The notes under the pieces were generated by a model. That model made no database searches. It had not been told where the DNA came from and saw only the letters and a program-made list of their open reading frames with translations. A stretch of DNA of 63,640 nt, filler included, from Aduncisulcus paluster (taxonomy: Eukaryota): NCBI GenBank assembly GCA_024181965.1. It is 28 parts of 28 records of this genome, joined end to end, with 100 filler letters (N's around TTAATTAATTAA, not from the genome) between each part and the next. Parts side by side here need not be neighbours in the genome. Positions count along the whole stretch, not along the records: positions 43,822 to 58,903 come from BQXS01007192.1; positions 59,004 to 61,873 come from BQXS01007216.1; 26 more parts are not named here. The stretch is one strand, 5' to 3'. Below are positions 47,290 through 59,639 of this stretch, piece by piece (within the stretch, counting starts at the first letter, position 1; every line of letters begins with the position of its first letter). A program made the translations under genes and the position numbers.

Positions 47290-49155
47290 TCAAGGGAAAA
47301 CAATTTTTTCGCCTTCCTTAATTAATCCCATTTTCATTAAACGAGTTTTGGCCATATGTTCAAGGGGAAACTGAAAAACTCCATATTCATCGGGATCACT
47401 ATAATAAATAGCCAATTCCTCTTTTGTTTTCTTAATGACCTGATCCATAAGCATGGCTTGAGGTTTGAACCCATTGTTGGCATTAAAATCTCTATTTTTA
47501 GCCATCATAAAGTTATCCAAGAGGAGACTGGCACAATAATCGGCAAATACAAAACGATCATCGTCTTGAAATTTCTCAATTTCGGCCTTTCTCTCTTTGA
47601 CAGTTTCAAGGACTGACAACATTTTTGAATATTGATTTACGATTGCTTGGGGAACTCCATCAACGGGAATACCCTCCATATCAGCAATACAATGATCTTT
47701 GAGAGCTGGATGTTTCTCGCACATGGTTTTAAGACCGTTCATAATCTTTGTCTCACGGTCTTCGATCACATCATAACTATTGATTTTACCCCACTCAATG
47801 CCAATTGGCTCAATGCCACTTTCGACAACCTTTTTATGCTGAGCGGCTGTTAGCTGGACGGGTTTAGGCACTTCAACAGTCTTCTTGGTGGTATCTTGAG
47901 CGGCTGCTTGAGTTGAAGAAGATTTCATCAAGGCTTGGAATTCACGCTCCTCCTCATTTATCACCGATTGGGGAGAAGATTTCTTACCGCTCGGATTGGG
48001 AGTAGAAGCTTGGGAAGAGGAGTTTGGTGTCGATTGGGCCTTGACAGCACAATTAGGAGCTCTCCAATCAGCTTTAGTGGGGAGGGAAACACCACGTTCG
48101 AGGGTGAAATAAACAACCGAGAGTTTTTGAATGTCATGCCTATTTGGACGACGAGGAGCAAGGACTCCATCGACTTTGATAATACCAGAGGCTTTGAGTT
48201 GATGTTTTCCAGGGAGGGATTCGAGATGAAATTCATTGCTGATCTTGGAACGGGTAAGACCGTTCAATTCCATTGAAGCTGAAGCGTACTCTTGGAATTT
48301 TCCAAATACTCCTTTCTTACGTTTGGCAGAAAATACAATTTCGGACTGCACAGAACAGATTTGGAAGGGATTGATAATCTTGTTCTTTGGAAGAGAAATG
48401 GTAACTGAATAATCCTTGGGAAGTTCAAGTTTTCCATCAGAATCAACTTTAAAGGTTCCAATATCTTGTGAAACAAGTCGGGGATTTGATAATTTCAGAC
48501 TTTTATCAGAGCTGTTAATATCAATATACAGCTCTAAATGATCTCCTTTCTTGCATGTACTTGTAATTTCACTGAAATTTAAAGTTAAAGATAAAGTATC
48601 TTTGTGCTCTTCGATGAAATCCATCAATTTTGGACTTGGAGCAAGATAGGCCGCCCTGGTAACAAAATGAGGGAAAGTGGGCATCTGGCTGGGTTTAAAC
48701 TTCTTAGATAGCATATTGTATGCATGATTTTGTTGGGCTAGTGATCCAGAAACACAATACATAAGCTCTTCAATGCTTTGCTGAGCAAAAAAATTCGAGG
48801 TCTTCTGAGAAGCAATATAGTAGTTCGTCAAAATACCCAAAGTCTTACGGTTTTGTTGGATTGCAACTGGGATAGTGACATTCACCTTCGATCCATGAAC
48901 AAAGCGTGAATCTTGAGGTTTCTTCCGATCAAGTAAATCCGGGAGTTGCAGGGCTTTATCCAGGTCTGCCATCACTTGATCAGCCTTTTTCTTCACATCG
49001 GCTTTTTCAGAAGTTTTTGATAATTGTTGAAGGGAAGCCATGAGATCAGCACCGATGACACTTTCGAGGCCCTCCATTCCGGGAACAGATGAAGATGATG
49101 GCTTTGAGGATGGAGGAACAGTTCTTTTTTCAGGTTTTTTGCGGGTAGATGACAT
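47290..49155 (-). CDS. Eukaryotic protein, possibly CC2D1/Lgd-like (C2 domain plus helical C-terminus)
   Basis: Intronless 621-aa ORF with a central beta-rich region (LELYIDIN...KRKKGVFG...ASMEL), an S/P/Q linker and a helical tail; the family call is tentative. Confidence 0.45.
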   Translation of the reverse strand: MSSTRKKPEKRTVPPSSKPSSSSVPGMEGLESVIGADLMASLQQLSKTSEKADVKKKADQVMADLDKALQLPDLLDRKKPQDSRFVHGSKVNVTIPVAIQQNRKTLGILTNYYIASQKTSNFFAQQSIEELMYCVSGSLAQQNHAYNMLSKKFKPSQMPTFPHFVTRAAYLAPSPKLMDFIEEHKDTLSLTLNFSEITSTCKKGDHLELYIDINSSDKSLKLSNPRLVSQDIGTFKVDSDGKLELPKDYSVTISLPKNKIINPFQICSVQSEIVFSAKRKKGVFGKFQEYASASMELNGLTRSKISNEFHLESLPGKHQLKASGIIKVDGVLAPRRPNRHDIQKLSVVYFTLERGVSLPTKADWRAPNCAVKAQSTPNSSSQASTPNPSGKKSSPQSVINEEEREFQALMKSSSTQAAAQDTTKKTVEVPKPVQLTAAQHKKVVESGIEPIGIEWGKINSYDVIEDRETKIMNGLKTMCEKHPALKDHCIADMEGIPVDGVPQAIVNQYSKMLSVLETVKERKAEIEKFQDDDRFVFADYCASLLLDNFMMAKNRDFNANNGFKPQAMLMDQVIKKTKEELAIYYSDPDEYGVFQFPLEHMAKTRLMKMGLIKEGEKIVFP

Positions 49156-49468
49156 TGGTTGTTTTCAAATTAAGGGGAATACCGAGGCATTTTCGTTTTA
49201 TGATTTTTAGGGATGAAATGTGGATCATATCAGGGATAAAATATTTTGTCATTCATTTGTAATTTATTTTTGATTTTCAAATTTCCACTAATCTATAAGA
49301 ATGCTCCTCAAATTCTTAGCCGGATTCATCCAGGCTTCTGCTCATTAATCAAACCTTAAAAATAAATATTCTTTTTTATCATAGGTATTAACTCGGAATA
49401 ATGATATGAATTTCCATCTTGAATGCAATGCAGAACTAGCGGAAATTTGTTTCGACTACACAGGATAA

Positions 49469-50808
49469 ATGATTGAAAATTCTATAATAATTGAGGAAAA
49501 TCCTTATATAACTCAACATTTACTTGAATCCATTCGGTCAATTTTTGCCACTCATTTTAAATTGGTGGATTATAAAAAAAATGTTACCCAAGCTACTCAG
49601 TTAGATTTATTACAATATTCATTTTATAAATGTGTTAAAAATCGTTTGAAAGTGCCCTTAAGACTTCTAATTTTATTTGAGACAGGTAGAACTGTTCTTA
49701 GTGGTGAAATTCAGTATATCCAGGAGTTAAAGCAAAGATTAGAGANNNNNNNNNNNNNNNNNNNNTTTAAAATTCTATAATAATTGAGGAAAATCCTTAT
49801 ATAACTCAACATTTACTTGAATCCATTCGGTCAATTTTTGCCACTCATTTTAAATTGGTGGATTATAAAAAAAATGTTACCCAAGCTACTCAGTTAGATT
49901 TATTACAATATTCATTTTATAAATGTGTTAAAAATCGTTTGAAAGTGCCCTTAAGACTTCTAATTTTATTTGAGACAGGTAGAACTGTTCTTAGTGGTGA
50001 AATTCAGTATATCCAGGAGTTAAAGCAAAGATTAGAGAAGATTGGAGAAGGATTTGTTGAAATTAGTGAAGAAGATTATGCATCACTTCTTAAGACTCGT
50101 GAAGAAGAACAATCTAAACATGAAGAAAAAGATGCGTCAAAAGGGAAGAAGCCAAAAGGTTCAGCAAAAAAGGACGATGAATCAATAGAAGAAGAGAAGC
50201 CAGAGAAAAAATTTTCCTTGCTCGCAAAAATTCAACAATTGTGTCCAATGAAAGGGACAAAATCTGGTGTTTTGTTTGTAGATTTTTCTCAATATTCTGT
50301 TGATAACACTAAAGGTATTGTTACTGAACGTGTTGAGATTGATGAAGAAGAAATAGATAAAGCTATTGTGATTTTAAATTCGTTATTATGCAGGAAGAAG
50401 TGTCTGCTTCGTCTTGCTCATTCCCCACCTATCTCAATAGATATCTCAGGCATTGAAAAGGCTTCTGACAGTGAAACAGTCCCTAAAAAGGTTTTGTTTG
50501 GAAAGACAAATGAAACTCATAGAATTTTGTCCCTCCCTTCTCTTCCTCGACCAATTCCACCATTGTCATCTGGAGAATACTGGAGGCCCGCGACTCGTGT
50601 TGAAGAAATCGTCCAAGAGGAGACAGCTAAAGAACTTGGAGAATTTATTGCATTTATTCAGGAAAAGAAAGCCGAACAAAAGAGAAAAGAAGAAAGAGAG
50701 GTTCGGTGGAAAGAATTGGAGGAACAGAAACGGATTGAAGAAGAGGAAAATGAAAAGAAAAGTAAGGGCAAATCGCAAACTGATAAGAAAAAGAAGAAAG
50801 GTAAATGA
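49469..50808 (+). CDS. Eukaryotic hypothetical protein, possibly flagellar (C1a-32/CLAMP-like)
   Basis: Single frame after collapsing the duplication 49476-49745 / 49769-50038; Lys/Glu-rich tail; the family call is tentative. Confidence 0.45.
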
Positions 50809-51026
50809 GTTAGCGAGTCATTCTTGAATCTTTCCTATGAGTGTTGTGGTTTTATATTTTAGTTTTATAAAATAAATTTATTCATTTTTATTCTTGTAAA
50901 TTTTATTTCATAATTATTACTCAACATATTATCGGTCAATGTGGATGACATCATCAGAACCCTTCTTGGTTCTAATAGGGAAATATTATCAAGTGATAGA
51001 AATTGATTTCTTTATTATAAATAACC

Positions 51027-51725
51027 ATGAAAATAATTACCTCTGATGAAAAGACTATTGAAATAGATCCTGAACTTCTACCATATTGCAAACGTGTTCC
51101 GTCTGTTATTGATAAATTAACGGTGTTCTCAGACTCTCATGAGATTGAACAGGCTTTAACAACTCTTCGAGTATCCCTTCGTAAGAAAATTCCAATCGCT
51201 CAAATGAGAATCACAGATACTATTCTGACAGGAGCTAAAGCTCTTGGAATTAGGGAAATTGAGGATGTTGCAATCCGGTTTGGTGTTTTCCCGGAGAAAG
51301 TTGAAGATATGTTGACGATTGATGACTTGAAAGAGATGACTCGTGAAGAAGTAGATGCTCATAACAAGGCTGTCCCAACCGAGCCTTGGATTATCATCAG
51401 CAAATTTGTCTGTGATGTCACCAAATATGGACCTAGACATCCAGGAGGCAGGATCATAGTGAAAGAAATCCCGAGAAATGGAGGAGAGTCTTCCGTATGT
51501 TTCAAGAGACACCACAGAACTCGTAATTCAGTCAAACAGATGGCTTCTACTGTTATTGGTGTTGTTCCAGATGATGTTATTGTTAAAACCCAATTAATGC
51601 CTCCTGGAATGGGTCGTGAGCCTGTTGGTCCTTCCCGCAATTTCGAATTAAGTATTTTAAGGGAAATGAGCAAAATAAGAGAGAAGGAAAGGAAGAAAGC
51701 TGAAAGAAAGGAAGGTGAAAAATGA
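51027..51725 (+). CDS. Cytochrome b5-like heme-binding protein with an N-terminal extension
   Basis: MTREEVDAHN, WIII..VCDVTKY..HPGG, second His region FKRHH and VIG; no C-terminal membrane anchor. Confidence 0.8.
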   Translation: MKIITSDEKTIEIDPELLPYCKRVPSVIDKLTVFSDSHEIEQALTTLRVSLRKKIPIAQMRITDTILTGAKALGIREIEDVAIRFGVFPEKVEDMLTIDDLKEMTREEVDAHNKAVPTEPWIIISKFVCDVTKYGPRHPGGRIIVKEIPRNGGESSVCFKRHHRTRNSVKQMASTVIGVVPDDVIVKTQLMPPGMGREPVGPSRNFELSILREMSKIREKERKKAERKEGEK

Positions 51726-52230
51726 TTATTTTCAATTGATTAATAGGGATTCTATACACTCTGTCATCTCTGGTTTTCTACGTTAGTTGCTTAAATTTTG
51801 GCATATACTTTGTTATATAATAATAAAATTTAATTTACTTTATGAATTAAGTATTGTTTTTTGTGCTCCTATTCTGAGGGAAAGAGATGTAATCTTTTTT
51901 TCTGCAATTAAGATATTTTGTGAGGATAAAGTGCTTAAATTTATCCATATATCTTGTTTAAAATGGATAGAAAACAGAGTTTTAAATCAATTATGAATCA
52001 TTTCTTTGGGAAGAAATGTAATCTGTCCCAGAGTATTGAAAAGACATACCATGGTATTGTCTCGCTATTTAATATTTTATATCCAAATGATGTATGTTTT
52101 ATTGCAAATTACATTTTGCTAAGTTTAAATTATTCCTTTTCCTCTTACAATCATGATTATCTGTTGAATTCAAAAGTCCATCATTGGTCCAATAACCAGG
52201 CAATATATTTTACAATCAGAGGAGAAATCT

Positions 52231-55200
52231 TTGGCATATAGACATGTCGTATTTGACCTTTCTGAAGAGGATTCGATTTCGTCCCCTGTATGGCCAATTA
52301 AGATAAATCAAGCTTCAAATTTCACTCAAATAACAGAGCAAATTAAGAAAAAATACAAAATCTCAGACCATGAGCCTGATGATGGCATCACTGATCTGGC
52401 AGGGCTTCTTTCATCCATTTCTGTTACTGACAAGAAATCTAAAGGGAAATCCGCGTTAAAACCATCAAATAGCTCGGCTACAGTTAGTGAAGCCATATCT
52501 CAAATGGGAATTGGCTCTTCATCCTCCGATACTTCATCGGCATACTCATATTATCCAAATTGGGATAGAATGACGTCCAAGATGCAATCTCTCTCGTCTA
52601 CCCTCGCTTGTGACATTGGAGATGTCGATATCCACGTGTATTTTCTTCGAGAATGTGTCAAAAAGAATATCTTAAAAGAATGGATAGTTCCTCTCTTAAT
52701 TCGAGTAATTACACATGTTGAAAGGCCATCTCCAACCAAACAAGAAGGGCAAGTTTGCTGGAAATCATTAGAGGCTGCAAGAAAGACAAAAGATCGATCA
52801 GAAGATCCATCCTTAATCTCACCTCAGGGAATTTCACTCACTCCTTCTTTCCCATTCCCAGTTATCCTCTCTCTTTTCTCCCTCTTCTTCTCTCTCTCAT
52901 TGGAGTATATTGATTCCTTCGGATGGGAAGAGGAGGCCACAGCTTGTCAACTTTTCCACTCAATGATTGATCGTGGTGATCTTTTCCATCTTGTTGAAGA
53001 ATGCCGGAATAGGAACAAAACCGATCATAACAGTAGCAATGATACGGGTTCTACAAAATCCTCACCTTCTCTTCACTCTTCCTCTCTTCCTTTGTTCCAT
53101 ATATGTTGCATATTGTTCCCATCCATGATTACGGCTTCATCAACGTCAATTCTATCTCTTGGACTCCAGTCTTTAACTCTTGATTTCTCCTCTGAAGTGT
53201 GTGCAACCATTGAAACATCTTCCCCTTTGATTCACTTTTGCTTGTTCTTTCAAAGGGTGCTTCTCCATAACGACGCCCTATTCAACGATGTTTCTATGAT
53301 TAATTCAATGGATTTCATACAAGATGCACTGAAATATACGATATATTTCCATGGAACGAAAGCACAAAGCTCAATCATAAAAAGAATGAAATTAAAGGAG
53401 GCTCAGGATATCAAAGATGGTACAGAAAGCGTTGATGAGCGGATAATCAGCAGAATATTTAATACGCTTCAGCATTCTTGTTTGATGATTGATGGAGTTG
53501 AAGAGTGTGATGGAGAGGATATTGGAGACCACGGATTATTGGATGGGAAAGGTCTTGAAATTAGAGAAAAAGATGATGATTCGGATGAACGTGTGTTTTT
53601 ACATAAGCCCAGATTACGTTGTTGTGTTCATTGCTCGCTGCCAACTCTGGTTCCAACTTCCTTGTTCTCGATTCTGTTTCCATTGTTAGAACACTATCTT
53701 AATTCTATTTCTGTCCATCCATTAACCATTTTAATCAAGAGCTCTTACACCGATTTAACTAAAAATATACTTGCTGAACTGAAAACAATTGATTCGAGGA
53801 TGCAAAGGGGGAAAGATCTTGAGGAATCGATGAAACACAGAAACTCTAGGCACAAAATGGAAGCAAAACGATGTGATTCCGTTGAAATTCCAAGATATTT
53901 ATCCCCTTTCCCCTTTTTCCATCATATTTTGAGTCTTTTGCGTCTGTTAATTGCATCCAATTCGATTCTTTCTCTCCTTGCGTGTGTGTGTGAAGGGAAA
54001 GGTTCCAGTGGAGAATCGTTATGTGTTGTTATGTGTCGAAGAATATGCAAAATGAATTGCATATGTGCAAGTGATGCTCTATTAACCAACGTATATGGGG
54101 TTTGTTCTGATATCTGTTTCCATTGTTAGAACACTATCTTAATTCTATTTCTGTCCATCCATTAACCATTTTAATCAAGAGCTCTTACACCGATTTAACT
54201 AAAAATATACTTGCTGAACTGAAAACAATTGATTCGAGGATGCAAAGGGGGAAAGATCTTGAGGAATCGATGAAACACAGAAACTCTAGGCACAAAATGG
54301 AAGCAAAACGATGTGATTCCGTTGAAATTCCAAGATATTTATCCCCTTTCCCCTTTTTCCATCATATTTTGAGTCTTTTGCGTCTGTTAATTGCATCCAA
54401 TTCGATTCTTTCTCTCCTTGCGTGTGTGTGTGAAGGGAAAGGTTCCAGTGGAGAATCGTTATGTGTTGTTATGTGTCGAAGAATATGCAAAATGAATTGC
54501 ATATGTGCAAGTGATGCTCTATTAACCAACGTATATGGGGTTTGTTCTGATATCTGTAAGATACTGACAGTTCAATCTTCCATTAATACATTCCCACAGA
54601 TAGTGTCGTTATCTCTCGATATATTCAAAAGACTCCTTCAACAAATAGAGTGTTGTAAGAGCTACCTTGGTTCTATATCTCACACTGTTCGGAGTCGTGT
54701 ATGGAAACTTGTGAAGAAAAGGAAAGAGGAAGAAGAGGAGGAGGAAGAAGAGGAAGAGGAGAAAGATAGGATATTTGAAGGTAAGATGGGAATTGGAACT
54801 GATTCTTCTCCATCATCTATTTATAGTTCAAGTGAAACCGAATCTATCGAATCAAAATTCTCACTCTCGGAATCTTGTTCGATACTTCTCAACAAGTTCT
54901 TCCTCGATCTTTCTCCTTCTTCGTCCTCAAAGAAGAAAAAATCAGTGTCTCAGAGCAGTGAGAGTTCTATTTTTAGAAATCAAACTGATCTCCTCCGTTC
55001 TTTGATTTGTGGAAATGCCTATCTTCCCCCTTTAAAGAACTTTTATCTCTCCGTAGATTCTCTTGTTGAGCGATGTTTAACGTTATTTGTGATGGATTCG
55101 TTGTACAATCTGGCCGAACAATGTCTTGGCGGTGCCACTGGTAAAGGTTCTATTATTGGATATAGAGATTCTAGTCATAAATCGGGATCAAACCGATCGA

Positions 55201-58200
55201 AGCATGAGGTTTCTGTCTGGAATAACCAAGTAATTAAAATTGGACCAAAGCAGACTCGTAAATATGGGGCCAGGGTTTGTTCTGTCGCACTATACAAACA
55301 TAAACCTTTCATATTTCCTCTAATTCCTGTATCTGATTGTATGTTTTTGTTATGCGGAATGTTCTCAAGTCCTAAAAGTGGACGGCAGTATCCCTGCCTT
55401 GTGGACTCTCAAGTCCTCGTTCTTCGAGGAGCAATCGGGTTATATTGTGTTTGTGATTCTAAATCGGGCAGACTCGTCAGTGTGTGCATTGTACGTGCTG
55501 AAAACGGAATATCGGATGAGGATTGTGCTTCTATATTTAGAGAGAAACCATCTCACACCAATTCCTCAAGCTCAGAAGAAGATATCTCGGTGTGGCAGAA
55601 CAAAGTAGGCTATGAAAAGAGCAAGACGGTATTGCTTCCCTTCATAAATAATAATAATAATACTTCTTCTCTGTCTTTGCCTTCTCTTCCTCCTCTTCCT
55701 GGCTCTGCTTCATATTCTCATTATTTCCTCTCAGCTTCACTAGCAGAGGCCACATCCTTGTTCGTATCTTTCAAATCGATGATAGAACTGTTAAAATCAA
55801 CATCTAAGTCTCAGTCCCATTCTGCTTCTTCTTCTCAGCATCTATCTTTCTCAAATATTCTTGCCAACAATCCGGCAGCTGCTCTCAACCTCAATAGGAC
55901 TATATTGACGCGGATTAATGCAATTCAACCGAATTCTACATTCCCTCAGATCAGTGTGGATTCTGAACTGATTGAGGAAGCTCTAAATATATACAAAATG
56001 AGAAAGAAGAAGAGGAGGGCTACTTCTGGAAAGCTATCTTTCTCAGGAGTATCCTCCTCATCGCCAGAAATAGCCCATAAAGGTTCAGATGGGAGTATTA
56101 TGATGCCCTCAAATATCCAGATAAGTCGAGGAGAGACTGCTGACATCTTCTTGCTAAGGGTAAATCATAAAGTATCGTTAAAATTTAGAGTTTCTCACCC
56201 CAAATTTGAGGAATCATCTTCTTCCCATGGAAAAGAAAAGTCTTCAAAAGTCAAACAAACACAACCGAAACGGTATCTATTCTCGGAACAAATAGCTACG
56301 ATTCTTTCATTTGTTACAAGGCCGATCACACTTCTTGTGGGACCTCCTGGCACTGGAAAGACGGTAACGGCTGTCATGTGTGCTGGAACATGCCTATCTT
56401 CTTCAATTTCACTCAAACCGGTGCCACTCGTATCCGATTGGCTCCTTCTGTGCCGAAGAGGATGGGAAGGAGACTTACAAATGCGTACTACATGTCTGTC
56501 AAACCGTATTACTCTTCTATCTCACTCAAATCGAGCTGTGGACCAGTTGATTTGCCGTGTATGGAAAGCATATGGATGTTTGTGTGTAAGATTTGGCTCA
56601 AAAAAGGAGGAACAGGAAGAAATTGACCAGGAATCTAAGGATCAAAGCGAGGAATCTTCATCTCCAAGAAATGATTCATCGCATTCCTCGAAAATTACGA
56701 GTGATCAAAAGCCACCTCAAAAACAAAAAGTAGTGCAAGATAATATAAATTCGAATGAGTTCTTGCCTATATCGCACTATTTTAGGAGTTTTATTGGATA
56801 TATTTGTGTATTGTCGGAGTCAATTGGAGTTTTACACCGGGCTATAAATTCTATTTTTGGAATTTCCGGCAAAGTAATGTGTTTTAACCATGGAAAAGCG
56901 GTGACCATGCTTGCTGATTGGAGTATTGAAAAAAGAGAGAAGAATGTTTATCGATTTAAATTCAAAGATATTCAAGATGTCACCAAACTATGTGAGGAAT
57001 TGCAAGCAATTGCTTCCAAAAATAGAGGGTCTACATTATTTTCTCCTGAAATTTTAAAGAAATATCCCCGTGGAATATCAAAACTCCCCAATCTTCATGT
57101 TGTTATGATGACCCCTCTTATATATATCATTGAGACAATTTTCCAGGGCATTTCCAAAGCCAGTGTTTCATTAAAAACTGGTCTCTTGGATGAAGTCGCC
57201 GAGTATGACAAGATCAACCAACTATTTATTGATATTGAACCATTGTTGTCAAGGTTTATAACATATTATTCTTCTCTGCCGATTCTCCCTTCCATCTCTC
57301 CTTCAAAGTCGAACTTTATGGATTGTGTCGTGACGAGTCCCCTTCAGGAAAAGAAAATCAAAATCAAAGAAGTTATGCGATTGTGCATTGATACTTTGTC
57401 AAACCAGCGGAAAAAGCTCCAACAAATGAAGAAAGGAATGCTCTTATTGAATTATTTTAACTTTTGTGACATGTTAAAGTGTGTTTCACCAGTGGTCGCT
57501 ATGACTGTTACCAAATATAGTAAGAGTTTGGTAAAGAAAAAGGATCTCAAAATTGGATTCTTCACACCAACAGATTCAAATATTTTCCCTGATAAGTCGG
57601 AACAGGCAAAATTATCACATAATTTAATTCTAGAAGAAGCTGCAAAAATCACAGAAACTGAGACGTTGCCTCTCTTCCAAACATCATGGAGTCGAATTCT
57701 TTTGATTGGGGATCCATTACAACTCCGACCTGTTGTCAAACAACGTTCTCTTCAACATCAAGCAAGGTACAGTTCCTCTCTATTCCATAGACTTCTATCA
57801 AATCCTGATATGCCCATTTTTTTGCTTAAGCGTCAAGGACGTGCAAGGCCTGAGCTTGCAAACATATATCGACATACATATGCCAGGGTGGGATCATCCT
57901 TGACGGACATTCCAAGTACGCTATCTCTTCCATCCCTCTGTCTCTGTGGACATGGTGATAGCGCTAGGCAAAGACATGGACACCAGAAGTGTGTTTGTGG
58001 AAGCAAGAGCGTGGCAAGGTTCATTGACATTCCAAATGAAGGACTCGAAGCAATTCGAACAAGACTTTCCGAGGCTCATATATCAATAGCATTGGCCAAA
58101 CAATTTCTTTCTCAAAATCCAGGCAGATCTGTTAGTGTTCTTACACCGTACCTCGCACAAAAGGATACATTATTACAGGTTCTTGCATCTGAAATTGAGA

Positions 58201-58481
58201 AAAATGATCATTTAAAATTGATTACAATTGCCACAGTTGATGAGTTTCAAGGGCTTGAGAGTGATGTAATCATTCTCACGATTGGATATTCGTCAAGACA
58301 CATGAATCCGACTGCCCATTTGAGTGCTTCTTCTCGTCTTACCGTGTCCGTGAGTCGCGCAAGGATGGCTTTTGTTATTGTAACGGATGCTTCTTTTCTT
58401 CGTCGAGCAACGGCATGGAACGATGTGTTAGATAAATGTCAAGAGATTCATTGGAAAGATATTCAGAAAGAGATTCAATAA
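52231..58481 (+). CDS. AQR: Aquarius (IBP160)-like SF1 RNA helicase, frameshifted by a 440-bp tandem duplication
   Basis: GPPGTGKT, SHSN, ILEEAAKI, LIGDPLQLRPVVK, SLFHRL, QGRARP, TVDEFQG and SRAR; EEAA and QGRAR are Aquarius-type variants of the Upf1-like motifs. Confidence 0.7.
53673..54557 (+). repeat. Exact 440-bp tandem duplication
   Basis: Sequence from 53673 recurs at 54113, with TCTGT microhomology at the junction. Confidence 0.95.
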
Positions 58482-59003
58482 TGAATTGAACATTTGAGAA
58501 GTAGCTCTAGTGTTCTAACGACAGTTAGCCATTCAATGAGTGAATTGAGATCTCTAAGCGTTTCTTCTTCAATTCAAAGTTCAATATTACCACGATCAGA
58601 ATTGGAAGACCATATTGAATGAGTTATTTCTGATCTGCGTTCTAAAAATGAGGAAAATAATGACACGACTTGAATCTTCATCGGATTCTAAAAGTGATGC
58701 AATAATCATTCGTAATTATGCAATTTTTAACAACGATTCGGTGTTTTGATGATATTTTCCTCTCATTCTCTTGCATGAATGGTCCAAAATATATCCTGTG
58801 AAACAATAATGGAATATTTATTGTAAATTTCACTTTATTTTCGCTTAGACGGGCCATTAATCTAAGATACTGACAGTTCAATCTTCCATTAATACATTCC
58901 CACNNNNNNNNNNNNNNNNNNNNNNNNNNNNNNNNNNNNNNNNNNNNTTAATTAATTAANNNNNNNNNNNNNNNNNNNNNNNNNNNNNNNNNNNNNNNNN
59001 NNN

Positions 59004-59373
59004 CAATGAAAATACGCCCGCTGCACCAACTCTGGAGCAGGCTACCGCGTTGGTCGCCAAGGCTGGCCTGACGGTGGTCGAGAAGGCGCAGTACGAGGCC
59101 ACGGTCGCTGCCGCACAGGCGGGCGCCGAGGCACGAGCACAGCAGATGCGCGAGGGCGACGAGCGCGTGGTCGACCAGGCCATCCGAGACGGCAAGATCG
59201 CACCCGCTCGCCGCGATCATCACCTGCAGGCGCTCGCCGCCGACCGGGAGGGCCACGCCGCCGTGCTGGCCGCGTTGGCACCCGGGCTGATCCCCTACGC
59301 CGAGTCGGGGCACTCCACACAGCCCGCCGACGGACCTGTGCCCAACGATCTGAGCTGGTTTGACTCCGCGCCG
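59004..59373 (+). CDS. Phage capsid maturation protease/scaffold C-terminus
   Basis: VVDQAIRDGKIAPARR is a Mu gpI-like scaffold pattern; position upstream of the capsid gene. Confidence 0.6.
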
Positions 59374-59639
59374 NNNNNNNNNNNNNNNNNNNNNNNNNNN
59401 NNNNNNNNNNNNNNNNNNNNNNNNNNNNNNNNNNNNNNNNNNNNNNNNNNNNNNNNNNNNNNNNNNNNNNNNNNNNNNNNNNNNNNNNNNNNNNNNNNNN
59501 NNNNNNNNNNNNNNNNNNNNNNNNNNNNNNNNNNNNNNNNNNNNNNNNNNNNNNNNNNNNNNNNNNNNNNNNNNNNNNCACCGCGGCGGCCGATGGCGCC
59601 GACGCCCAGATCAGCCTGCTCTAGGAAGGGTTACCCAAC

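Noticed and set aside
49476-50038. 270-bp direct repeat suggesting gene duplication
   Set aside because: Identical copies on both sides of a 20-N gap; a scaffolding overlap artefact.
40629-58481. Alternative genetic code (TAA/TAG = Gln) in the eukaryote
   Set aside because: ORFs of over 1,000 aa are open under the standard code, and conserved genes (helicase, STT3) end at TAA at plausible C-termini.
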